A DNA stretch of 64,000 nt from Tubulanus polymorphus (taxonomy: Eukaryota > Animalia > Nemertea), in contig NC_134026.1 of NCBI RefSeq assembly GCF_964204645.1, positions 1,883,950-1,947,949 of the forward strand. The letters are read 5' to 3'. The notes beneath the pieces were generated by a model. It was not told the origin of the DNA. It was given only the letters and a program-made list of their open reading frames with translations, and did no database searches. Position numbers and translations under genes: made by a program. Shown piece after piece: positions 28,095 through 40,159 of the stretch (the first letter of the stretch is position 1; each line of letters opens with the position of its first letter).

Positions 28095-28226
28095 ATGGGC
28101 ATCGGCGCTTAGGAGAAACCCCTAATAAGAAATAATATCGCGAACCATTGCAGGATTCGAATCTAATGGCATTTTGGTGGCAAAAATCCCATTCATTTCT
28201 CCTCGGCGGGAATATCATTACTAGTC

Positions 28227-28317
28227 ATTGGTCAGTCTTGTGCAATATGACGTCACGCCGGTGTCGGTATATAAGGCCCGGTCACGGGGCCACTCTTTCC
28301 AGTTCGGCCATTTTCAG
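28227..28317 (+). promoter_or_regulatory. Pol II core promoter and non-coding first exon of the orphan gene
   Basis: Reverse CCAAT (ATTGG 28227-31), CRE TGACGTCA 28248-55, TATATAAG 28268-75, Inr-like CCAGTT with A at 28301 (about 31 bp after TATA), donor CAG|GTAAGT at 28318, and an acceptor at 28418. Confidence 0.7.
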
Positions 28318-28543
28318 GTAAGTTATGCTACGTCCATTTGATTTTTTTTGTTGATGAAATGTTTCTTAATTGATTATCTAATATCTTGGTATTAATGATT
28401 CTTTTATTAATATTGCAGCAGCATCCATTACGCAACAGCAGCAGATATCAGCATCATTAACAGCAGCACCAGAAATCAAAATAACGACGACCAACAACAC
28501 ACATACAGCAGCAGAAGAAGAAGATTAAGATAGAATTAGAAAA

Positions 28544-31500
28544 ATGTCGTACACATTTGTTCTTGAAATCTTGCAGGCGGTACAGGTCGAGGCGGTGAAG
28601 AACAGCGGGTCCCTCGACCTGTTTTGTATCATCAGTAAGTTTTTATTCATTACCTTATCTCAGTTATTAAGCCTCAACTATCTCAATTACTTATCACGGT
28701 TACCTCAAATATTCAATACACAACAATCTAGCACAAATCTCTGAAATTTCATTAAAAGATTTCTCGAATCCGAAATCTTAATAAACTAGAGTATCTAAAC
28801 TGCTAAATACTTACCCAATTCTATTCAGGTAATATCTTTATTCATTTGAATACACCAGTTAATTGAAAGTTCAATTATTTCAATGCTTAATCTCAAAAAC
28901 TAATCACAAAAATATCGAGTTTTCAATACCTCAAATGTATAATTTTACTGATGTTAAATATTTCAATCATTTGATTCAAGGTCAAATCTCAGTTCAATAC
29001 CAAAATATCATTGATTTTTTTCTTAAATCATTTATTTGTATTCTCAATTATATCATTTGATAATAGTTTAATATTCTTTTTATTAAATGACAACTCAATT
29101 ATTCTTCATTGAAAAGTAAAATTTCATTCGATTCTGTTAATTCGTTCAAGCATCTACAAAATTCAATAAGGAAAGGAAATTATTTCTATTTCTGCATTAA
29201 AACAATCTAAGTTACAAATTAACTGCAGTAATGACAAATATATCTACCCTTGATGTCTCATAGAATTTCCATTCCTTTGCTTCATTCGAGACTCAACACA
29301 AATATTCATGAAACAAAATTGAATTGAATTTAATACAACTTCACTGACTCTTGATGGATGGGATTTAATAAAATGATGTAAAAACTTATTTCCGGGTTCA
29401 AATTTGACGTTTGTAAAGAATCCCATCACTCCAAGCATGTATCATTGATGCTCTTTAATTCTTTTCAGAAAGCTGCAAATAAACAGTTTGAAACTGTTTA
29501 ATAGATAATAGGGTAAAAGTGCAGATCTGCACCTCTCCGCGTAAACGGTTCAATCAATTATGTTAAATATCATTGTTTCAGATTCAAAATGTCATCAGCA
29601 ATATATTACATTGCCATTGGTTAATTTTAAGATATTTTCACTAGAGAGTAGAAAGATTTTAGCCAGGATTCTGGCATTCAGCAGATTGCGTCAATCACGA
29701 GAGGTGCGGATCTGCACTTTTACCGATAATAGGCCTCGGTCATCATTGATATCATTATCATGTGTATTTTTAGCAGGGTGGTGGCCAGTCCTCCGTCCAT
29801 AAGACCACCCAAGCACAGGCCACATACAAATTCCAAATAAATAACTATAAAAAAGGCCTTTTATGTGAAGTTTGAATTTGCGTTGCGAGTTAGGCTATTG
29901 AAATTTTTACTGATTCATTTTTTATCCGATCAACAAGACTATATTGTCTTCAATTACTTTTTCTTGGTTCCTCGATTGTTAAATTAATTAATTATTTTTA
30001 GTTTGACTCGAACCAAAAAGCTTTATCATATTCTGGTTTTATTATCATACTACATATATCATATCTATGGCTAGAATGTGCTGGCATCTAGGCCCAAATC
30101 GCCGATCTTGATCTTGATCTTGATTATATACTCGGAGACTGCACGTAAGCACCTTTTTAATGTCACAGGGGTGTGTCGTATTTAAATGGCATGCAAGGCC
30201 GGGTCCAGTCAACGGGAAAAACAAGTTCCAGTACTCTTCTGTTGTGGACTGATTGTTTGAAGTTTATTGTCATATGATGACCTAGTTTTTCTGATTATGG
30301 ACTGAATATAGTCATTTGGGTCGACTGCTATTTGGTGGTTGATGATCTTGTTCATTAGTTGGATCCTTCAGTTCGGTGTTCAGCATGTGATAAAAATTTT
30401 TGGCTTTTCTACATATGCTGTGACACGGCTCTCTCGCTTGTAGTCATGACAGATGAACCTAGCCACCCTACGTTGCACTTGTTCTATGGAGTCTATAACT
30501 CGGGTTAGATTCTAGTTAGGGAAAGGCAAACAAGATATAGGCATTGAGTGGTGTGTGTTTGAGGTAACCCCAAATGAATCAGAGGGTTGAGATGGTTATT
30601 GCTGTAATGCATGTGCTTACTCCATTTCATGTCTGACAATAGATATTAAGTGCCTGTAACTTCTTCAGGATGTGGTGACCAAGTTGGTAGAAGTAGGATA
30701 TGGGTGTAATGCTTCTCCGTGCGATGCCCAATATGTTGCACTTTTTGGTGTAAAAGTGCATACCCCAATTCAGAGGTCAGTCCTGGAGTGCCTCCAGGTC
30801 ATGCTGTAGTTATATCTGGTCAGCAATTAGCTATATGGGTTTGTAGATGATGCAGCTGTCTGTGAATTATAATCTAATGCTGGAATTAACTATTGTTGGT
30901 AGGTCATTGATGTAGATCAGAAACAACAGCAGTTCCAAGACTGTTCCTTGGGGTACTCCTAACAGGACATAAGCATCGTCTAATGTTGTACCAGGTCCAT
31001 CTACCTGTAATTGTTGCGTACGTTGGCAGAAAAAATGCTTTAATCCATAAAGAATGAGGTTGTTGACACCATAGTGCTGAAATCTGATGCCTTGATTTCT
31101 GCTTGATCCCTCTTGTCAAAGGATCACATCAAGTCATCCATAGTGATCAGCAGTTGTGACTCGTAGGATCGGCCTTTTCTGAATCTGTGACATCTATGAG
31201 GATAGATTCTTCATCTTGGTGGTTCAGTATGTGTCGGCCTATCATGTGCTCCATCATTTTACAGCACACGCAAGTTAAAGATACTTTAGTTTTCTGACAG
31301 GTGCCTGTCTCCTTATTTTGACGACGGCATAACCAATTCTTTCTTCCAGTCGAGTGGTAATTCTTCTGATGTCAGTGACTGCTAGAAAAAGCAGTCATTG
31401 CAGGGGTGAGTTTCACGGCAGGCTCTTAGGATCCGATTTGGTATGTGGTCGGGACCACATGCCTTTTTTGGATTTAACTTCCGGACTCCCTTAACGTCAA

Positions 31501-33398
31501 ACTGCTATTCCATGGGAGGCTAGTTATCATCTCTTGGTTCTGGTATGTTTACCAGGTCTTCTCAGAATTTGTTGACATCCTTGGCTTGCGAGCGAGGATC
31601 GCTGTGTACCTTGTGTCCACTCTATATTGGTGATGGTAAATAGCCTACCTGCGATCTGGATGTCTCACTCATGATAACGCACAACAGCATCCAACTCCTG
31701 CTGTTTTTCAACTGAGGAATAGAGTGATTCTTTCGACTGGAATCCCCCACTCGGCTGGAATAGCTAAGGTGCCACCCCAGGGGGAGCCCTTTGGGATGGA
31801 GTTTTTATTTCTTCAAATCGCTACTAGTCCTACAGTTTTAATCCGATCAATTCCAAATTTGGTATGAATGTTCTATGGACCAATACCTACAAAGTACAGA
31901 GCCCTTTTTGGATTTGGACCCAAAGGGGCACCCCCTAGGTATGCAGCTTCTATTTCTTCAAGCTTCTATTTCTTCCATATAAGCCGATATGCTCCTTGTT
32001 TATCTTTCCTCTTCTGTTCGTTGTATCGGGTGTAGCTGTTTTCAGGAATGCCTTCCTGATATTTTCATTTATCCATGGTAGACCAAGCTGTTATTCTTAT
32101 TATTATTCATTAGTTATACCCGAACTGTATTGAAAGCAATGGGCGTTATGAAAACAATATATAATTTGATAATTTGAGGAATGAAGAAGATGCATTTGAA
32201 AGCTTTTCAGCAACAGTGTAAAAGGCTGGCGCAGGTGATCATAATATTGACATCTGTATGAGTTTTCTCAGGTTTTCTGTTAAATCGTGAGGCTAGTTAT
32301 TCCAAAACAAATTTATATAGTTGTGAAACCTGAACTGTACCATAATTCCAGTTGTTGGTATGAACTAATTCTACCTATGCATTCCCAAAACTATTACCAT
32401 CCACTATTGATGCATCAACAGATACGATGACAAAACCGAAATTGCCTTCAAACTCTTGATTTAGCAATGAATCAGATAAACTGGCAATTAATTGTAAAGA
32501 TGATTCTGTCTAACAGTTGTTGGTATGATTTCAGTGATGAGTAAACAAAATTTTATTCATCACTATCGTATTGACAGACATAAGTCTACGTGGTATTAAT
32601 GTGTAATATTCGTGATCCTTAATAGTTTTTCTTTTCATTTCAGCTGAAAGACTTGTCAGAGATGTCATCAAAAAGAAAAATGAGTCTGGCCACACTTATG
32701 AGGCGGCAACCCGTCTTCAACAAAGATTGCAAAGGTGTGTTGATCTTATGTCGTCTCATAAGCCGGTGGAGCCAATTCCACCAACACCTGAATTGGCTCC
32801 TCCGCAGGTGGTGGACCCTGCTCCTGCGGTGCAGGTGGTTGCGCCCACCGTATCTTCGGATACGGAGGTCGTGCCACCTGTTATCGTGGAGCAGGAGGTC
32901 GCCCCTGCCGTGGTTGCCCCGACAGAGGCGCCACAGGTCCAGACTCCTGCACCGCGCAGGTCGCCCCGTAGAAATATAAAAAAAGTTAATTATTCAGAAG
33001 GTTCGGGGCGGCCTAATAAAAAAAAATCTCCAAAACGTGCGACTCCTCCACCACCACCATCTTTTGAGGAGTCGAGTGATGAGGAGTTATTTTATACTCC
33101 TGGAGCTCCACAACCAGGGCCCCCACCACCACCACAAACACCTGTGGACGTGCAACAAAAGAAAAGAAAGAGAGGTACATATGAAAATAATAATGAAAAT
33201 AATAATGAAATGCCCGCCCAGGCTGGAACATCGGGCGCTCCAGCGGGGGTACCACCCGCCCCCGCTGTAGAGCTTGTTGCACGTGGCCCTGGTTGGTCAA
33301 AGAATATAAGAATGAAAGATCCTATACAATTGCTCCGCGATGTTGAAGGGGCCTTTGATGGCAACTATAGATTCATTAAAAGACAACGGCGACAATAA
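28544..33398 (+). CDS. Orphan proline/acidic-rich, probably nuclear protein of about 281 aa (coding exons 28544-28634 and 32644-33398)
   Basis: AAAATG start. Donor A|GTAAGT at 28635 joins acceptor TTTCAG|CT at 32643 in frame, giving MSYTFVLEILQAVQVEAVKNSGSLDLFCII-T-ERLVRDVIKKKNESG...LQRCVDLMSSHKPVEP..., which continues into ORF 32727-33398. The exon is GC-rich and codon-like. Confidence 0.7.
29512..29724. mobile_element. MITE with 26-bp TIRs and 8-bp TSD, Merlin(IS1016)-like
   Basis: TIRs GGTAAAAGTGCAGATCTGCACCTCTC and GAGAGGTGCGGATCTGCACTTTTACC (1 mismatch). TSD GATAATAG at 29504-29511 and 29725-29732. GGTAA ends with an 8-bp TSD fit Merlin; hAT or P are not excluded. Confidence 0.8.
30104..31620 (-). 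mobile_element. Degenerate 5'-truncated non-LTR retrotransposon (CR1/L2-like RT) in the orphan gene intron
   Basis: Frameshifted minus-strand motifs KACGPDHIP (near 31450), SLTCVCCKMMEH (near 31260), FRKGRSYESQL (near 31170) and GVPQGTVL...LFLIYINDLP (near 30900-30960). The 3' microsatellite tail is (ATCAAG)n at 30104-30124. Confidence 0.85.
31640..32000. mobile_element. Non-autonomous interspersed repeat (Helentron/HINE-like)
   Basis: Repeated GC-rich cores (GGTGCCACCCCAGGGG, GGGGCACCCCCTAGG) each followed by TATTTCTTCAA, and a terminal ...CTCCTTGTT. Resembles common marine-invertebrate non-autonomous elements. Confidence 0.35.
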
Positions 33399-33887
33399 AA
33401 TACCATCCCCCTTCACTCGCCATCACTCCGGGCAACAACACCAGCCCATACACGTCTGCAGATCGGCACTCCTTTCATCATTCATTTTTATTATCACTTG
33501 TCACTTTGTATTATAAGTGAGTTTTAAAAACTTATTCATTTCATTTCATTTTTCGTCGGTCTGCAGTTCGCGCGGTGCCACAAAATATCTGTCAACCCCC
33601 CTTGCATTAGGAACCAGTGGGCGTGCAGTCCTGCATTATTAATGTTTTTTTATTAAAAAAAAAAGCAAAAACCAGATCTAACGAGTTTTTAACGAGAGTT
33701 TTACGGTTCTCTCAAAAAAATTAAAAAACAAAAAAATCAAAAAAATTCATCATCATTTCATCAACTTTATTTATTTTCCTTGGATGAATTTAATTTCATT
33801 CCATCATGTCATTCATCAATATTTTAAATTATTTTCATTTATTTTCTGACTGTACGTCCCGCTGTGTTCCTACCAAACCTGCCCACA

Positions 33888-34250
33888 CCATTCCATTCCT
33901 GCATTCAAAATGACTCATGCAGTTCCATTCTTGCATTCAACATGATTTATGCAATTCCATTCCTGCATTCAAAATGACTCATGCAGTTCCATTCCTGCAT
34001 TCAAAATGACTCATGCAGTTCCATTCCTGCATTCAAAATGACTCATGCAGTTCCATTCCTGCAATCAAAATGACTTATGCAATTCCATTCCTGCATTCAA
34101 AATTACTCGTGCAGTTCCATTCTTGCATTCAACATCATTTATGCAATTCCATTCCTGCATTCAAAATGACACTCATGCAGTTCCATTCTTGCATTCAAAA
34201 TGACTCGTGCAGTTCCATTCCTGCATTCAAAATGACTCGTGCAGTTCCAT
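33888..34250. repeat. 32-bp tandem minisatellite, about 11 copies
   Basis: Unit TTCCATTCCTGCATTCAAAATGACTCATGCAG. Confidence 0.95.
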
Positions 34251-35769
34251 GGATTTTTCAAATCAAAAGGACAGCTATGATTCACATAATGTGATTCTTT
34301 TTGATACTCAAAAACGCAGAGAAGGAACAGCTATGTTTTACACATAATGCGATTTCTTATCAAACTACATTGGAATACTTTTTTTATTGTGTTCCATGTT
34401 ATCCCACCCCTGATACTATGACGTTCATACGTCAAGTTTAAAATCATTGTTTATTGTTATTAAAATACTTGTTTTTCTAATTACAGATTTAAAGATTTAT
34501 TTGATTTATCACGAAAACTTGAAATGTTAATATCTATTGCCAAATAGCAGAAGGAAATCCTTTAAATGTGATTGGAAGGACTTCAAATATTCACTCGTTT
34601 AAGAATAGGAATATGTATTCATACGAATAACTGCGTGACATTGGATAAAATTTTGAGCAAAAATGGAAATCACAGCAAAAACAACGGTAATCAATTTCAT
34701 TACATTTTTAGGATCAACCATGTTGATCCTTATCGACATCCTTACAGTTCTGAGAGTAACTTTCTGTTAGCTCTGGGTGGTCAAATTGTAACTACTGGAT
34801 ATACACAGCTGATATTTTGTCATCAGAAGAGAAATAGGTGTTGGAATTAATATGGAAAGTTGTGTCCATCAGCTCTTTGTCGTTTGGAAGTACTGGGAGA
34901 AAATGAGCAGATGAATTTTCCCCATTTCTAATGATCGATGCTTGACCTTGTTTCTTGATAATATCATCACTGGGAGAGCCCGTCTGCATCCAAGTTCAAT
35001 GTTATAGAATAAACATTGAATGGATCGTCTGCCATGTGCAGTCATGGGAATAATGTAATACCATGCATACTATCACACACGCTTACTACTGGTGTTGTGT
35101 GCGCCAAGATTTCATCTTCATACCTTATTGCAAATCCCACAACAAATCCATTTCAATGCTCAACGGTTAACTGTACTCAGTTGATCCTACTGCACCCATG
35201 GTCCTTTATTAGGGTGTAAAATGGAATAATTCACTTGATCCATGATCAATACATGAATTTAATAATTGATAAATACGATAAATAAAACCTTATAAAATTC
35301 TGTATAGATTCAGTAAAAGAATGATCTCTGATAAGAGAATTTGTTGTTGTCAAGTCGGTGAAGTTGTATTGGCTGATAACGATCCTAATGATCATCAGGT
35401 TCAGAATTTGACTTCATAATTCTTGTTTATTGAGCAGAGGAGAGAGAGTAGTTAGCGTTGATGAGGAGTTAAGGTGTGATGATTTAGATTTTTACACCAA
35501 ATAATTGAGCATTAAATAAAAGATAAGATTGAGATATTTTTAGATAATGTGATTGAAAATTCAGATTTGAGAAATAATCATTGATATTTTGAAATGAAAT
35601 CGCTGGGATATGACCTAGGATCAGCAAGTATTAAAACATCATTAAAGATGAATAGAAATGATAATTCTAATCAAAATCAGATATTATTCATATCTTGGAT
35701 ATTCAAAATTGCCAAGTGTATAGAGGATATATATATATATAAACTTGGGAAATTAGGAAATTGAGTTGG

Positions 35770-37027
35770 GGAATTGATCCCTTGTATAGAGGATAGTCAT
35801 GGAGAGCAGGTTGAACCCCCTGTATAGAGAACAGTCAGAAAAGGGAAGTTAATTCCTGTATAGAGGGCAGTCATAGAAGGGAAGTTCATTCCTGTATAGA
35901 GGACAGTCAGAGAAGGGATGTTAATTCCTGTATAGAGGACAGTCAGAGAAGGGAAGTTCATTCCTGTATAGAGGGCAGTCAGAGAAGGGAAATTAATTCC
36001 TGTATAGAGGGCAGTCATAGAAGGGAAGTTCATTCCTGTATAGAGGATAGTCATGGAGAGTAGGTTGAACCCCCTGTATAGAGAACAGTCAGAAAAGGGA
36101 AGTTAATTCCTGTATAGAGGGCAGTCATAGAAGGGAAGTTCATTCCTGTATAGAGGACAGTCAGAGAAGGGATGTTAATTCCTGTATAGAGGACAGTCAG
36201 AGAAGGGAAATTAATTCCTGTATAGAGGACAGTCAGAGAAGGGAAATTAATTCCTGTATAGAGGGAAGTCAGAGAAGGGAAATTAATTCCTGTATAGAGG
36301 GAAGTCAGAGAAGGGAAATTAATTCCTGTATAGAGGACAGTCAGAGAAGGGAAGTTAATTCCTGTATAGAGGACAGTCAGAGAGGGGAAGTTAATTCCTG
36401 TATAGAGGGCAGTCAGAGAGGGGAAGTTAATTCCTGTATAGAGGACAGTCAGAGAAGGGAAGTTAATTCCTGTATAGAGGGCAGTCAGAGAGGGGAAGTT
36501 AATTCCTGTATAGAGGACAGTCAGAGAAGGGAAGTTAATTCCTGTATAGAGGGCAGTCAGAGAGGGGAAGTTAATTCCTGTATAGAGGACAGTCAGAGAG
36601 GGGAAGTTAATTCCTGTATAGAGGGCAGTCAGAGAGGGGAAGTTAATTCCTGTATAGAGGACAGTCAGAGAAGGGAAGTTAATTCCTGTATAGAGGGCAG
36701 TCAGAGAGGGGAAGTTAATTCCTGTATAGAGGACAGTCAGAGAAGGGAAGTTAATTCCTGTATAGAGGGCAATCAGAGAGGGGAAGTTAATTCCTGTATA
36801 GAGGACAGTCAGAGAGGGGAAGTTAATTCCTGTATAGAGGGCAGTCAGAGAGGGGAAATTAATTCCTGTATAGAGGACAGTCATAGAAGGGAAGTTCATT
36901 CCTGTATAGAGGACAGTCAGAGAGGGGAAATTAATTCCTGTATAGAGGACGGTCAAGAGAAGGAAGTTCATTCCTGTATAGAGGACAGTCAGAGAAGGAA
37001 GTTCATTCCTGTATAGAGGACAGTCAG
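35770..37027. repeat. 33-bp tandem minisatellite (about 38 copies) with a 254-bp higher-order duplication at its left end
   Basis: Unit GGGAAGTTAATTCCTGTATAGAGGACAGTCAGAGA-like. The variant GATAGTCATGGAGAG...GGTTGAACCCC recurs at 35792 and 36046. It explains ORFs 35797-36054 and 36051-37154. Confidence 0.93.
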
Positions 37028-37844
37028 AGGTTGGTCGCATCCAACAAAAACCAGCATCATCATCATCATCATCATCAATAGCCAGCAAACATTTCAGTAA
37101 TATTCCAGTTATTGAACAGTTAGTGTTCAGATTATTACCGTTACAGTTTTTCACTTATTTCCTAAAGATTCAACCAAATTCATTTTATAAAAGTTACCGG
37201 CGTCAAACCTATCGCATTCAAGAAGAAACTATTATCTTAAAAACTATTTTATCTGAATCTTACATCAACTATTAATTATCTAAAAATTGTTTTATCCACA
37301 TCTTAACAACTCTTGAATATCTAAAAAAAATCTGCGTTGTTAAACATTATTGAATATCACGGAACAAATTTTATGTATATCATATTTTAAATTGTTTTAT
37401 TTGTACTTATTTTAAACTATTTTAATCTTAAATAATTTCAAACCATTTTATATTTTTTAAGAACTAGATTATATTCGTTTTTAAAAACTAACCTACAGAT
37501 CAATTTGATGAGTTATTTATCTTATATTTGACTATATCATATACTGGAACCCAAGATATTTGAAACGGATAACTGAAGGTCCAGGTTTTATCACTGAATA
37601 CTCTTTGACACAATTACGTGGTCCACAACACAGATACAAATAGTGGTTATATAAAAGGCCCATATATTATAATGCACGCACGAAGAGCTTGTACTCATAG
37701 TTCATATGAAATGTGATTGAGAACTTCTCATACTTTATTTAATCTTCTTTTCTTGATTTTTCTATTTTGTTTTAAAGATATTTTCAGTTTGTCTGTGAGT
37801 TTATTGTATTCACTTTTTGATTTCAGTTTATTTGTTTATTGTGT

Positions 37845-38200
37845 TTAGATCTAGTTATTTAAGTCTATTCATGGCTATTTATTTAAGTATATTTCTAGTT
37901 ATTCAAGTCTATTTAGGTCTCGCTATTTAAGTCTATTTAGGTCTAGTTATTTAAGTATATTTCTAGTTATTCAAGTCTATTTAGGTCTCGCTATTTAAGC
38001 TAGTTATTTAAGTATATTTCTAGTTATTCAAGTCTATTTAGGCTAATTTACTTAAGTATATTTAGGTCTAGTAATTTAAGTATATTTAGGTCTAGTTATT
38101 TTAGTCGATTTTTAGTTATTCAAGTTGAGTTATTTAAGTATATTTAAGTCTCGTTATTTAAGTTTGTTTGGGTCAAGTTATATTATTATTTTAAAGTTTA
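37845..38200. repeat. Degenerate AT-rich tandem repeat of about 24 bp
   Basis: Recurring TAGTTATTTAAGT(C/A)TATTTAGGTC. Confidence 0.8.
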
Positions 38201-38249
38201 GTTATTAAAGGTATAAAGTCTGTTGTTTCTAGGGTTCGGAATAAACAAA

Positions 38250-39892
38250 TTTTCATCATTGATAAAATCACTCTAGGGATCATCAATAAAATACATTAAT
38301 GTTCAGGTGTGATAGAATACTGTTAGGTAATTTTATTGTTTTATGAACTGGGGGTAAATTTGTCATCGATAGAATTACTCTCGGGATCATCAGTAATAAA
38401 CATTTATAAAATGCTTCATGAGATTTTTTTTTTTGAATTATCAAAAATTATTTTATGGAAACAGTTAATAATAGAATTAATTTTTTTGAACTGAGGGTAA
38501 ATTTTTCATTGATAGAAAGAATTACTCTCAGTTCATAAGTAAACTACACAAATGAGGTTCAATATGTTTTTTTGTATTGATGATAGAATACTCTTAGATT
38601 ATGAACTGAGGGTAATTTTGTCATTGATAGAATTACTCTCAGGTCATCAGTAAAATACATCAATTATAAAGTTAGTAGGATTATCAGTGAAATATATTTA
38701 TATTAAATTTAATCAGTTTTAATTATGATAGAATACTGTTAGGTTATTTTTATTGTTTTATGAACTGAAGGTAAATCTGTCATTGATAGAATTACTCTCA
38801 GGTCATCAGTAAAATACATTAATTATAAAGTTAGTCGGATTATCAGTAAAATATATTTATAGTAATATTGATCAGTTTTAATCATGATAGAATACTGTTA
38901 GGTTATTTTTATTGTTTTATGAACTGAGGGTAAATCTGTCATTGATAGAATTACTCTCAGGTCATCAGTAAAATACATTAATTATAAAGTTAGTAGGATT
39001 ATCAGTAAAATATATTTATAGTAATATTGATCAGTTTTAATCAGGATAGAATACTGTTAGGTTATTTTGTTCTATGAACTGAGGGTAAATCTGTCATTGA
39101 TAGAATTACTCTCAGGTCATCAGTAAAATACATTAATTATAAAGTTAGTAGGATTATCAGTAAAATATATTTATAGTAATATTGATCAGTTTTAATCATG
39201 ATAGAATACTGTTAGGTTATTTTATTGTTTTATGAACTGAGGGTAAATCTGTCATTGATAGAATTATTCTCAGGTCATCAGTAAAATACATTAATTATAA
39301 AGTTAGTAGGATTATCAGTAAAATATATTTATAGTAATATTGATCAGTTTTAATCATGATAGAATACTGTTAGGTTATTTTTATTGTTTTATGAACTGAG
39401 GGTAAATCTGTCATTGATAGAATTACTCTCAGGTCATCAGTAAAATACATTAATTATAAAGTTAGTCGGATTATCAGTAAAATATATTTATAGTAAAATT
39501 GATCAGTTTTAATCATGATAGAATACTGTTAGGTTATTTTATTGTTTTATGAACTGAAGGTAAATCTGTCATTGATAGAATTATTCTCAGGTCATCAGTA
39601 AAATACATTAATTATAAAGTTAGTCGGATTATCAGTAAAATATATTTATAGTAAAATTGATCAGTTTTAAGTATGATAGAATACTGTTAGGTTATTTTTA
39701 TTGTTTTATGAACTGAGGGTAAATTTGTCATTGATAGAATTATTCTCGGGATCATCAGTAAAATACATTAATAATAAAGTTAGTTGGATTATCAGTAAAA
39801 TATATTTATAGCATTAATTGATCAGTTTTAATTATGATAGAATACTGTTAGGTTATTTTTATTGTTTTATGAACTGAGGGTAAATCTGACAT
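38250..39892. repeat. Satellite of about 158 bp with a 47-bp imperfect palindrome in each unit
   Basis: TGAACTGA recurs near 38761, 38920, 39075, 39233, 39392, 39550, 39709 and 39870, with more degenerate copies to the left. Confidence 0.95.
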
Positions 39893-40159
39893 TGTATGAA
39901 ATTGTTTATATTGGTACTCGTTCCTTGATTGTGGTGAGTTTAAAGGTCATTGGTTTCTGTATGAATTCACCTGGCGTATTGTCAGATTGTCAAGCATTTC
40001 GACCAGAGGACATGGTGTCCCTGGAGCACTAGTGTCACCACTTTTAAGGTTCTCAAACACATTTCTTATAAACAGCTATATTTATTGAATGAAACTATTT
40101 CTAACTTTATTTCAGTTTCATATTTCCCCCATAATCTATCATGTTTCACTTATTTATTT

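Noticed and set aside
35797-37154. 367-aa ORF of LTVLYTGINFPS-type repeats
   Set aside because: Translation of the minisatellite with a non-ATG start and a microsatellite-derived poly-Asp; no sign of a gene.
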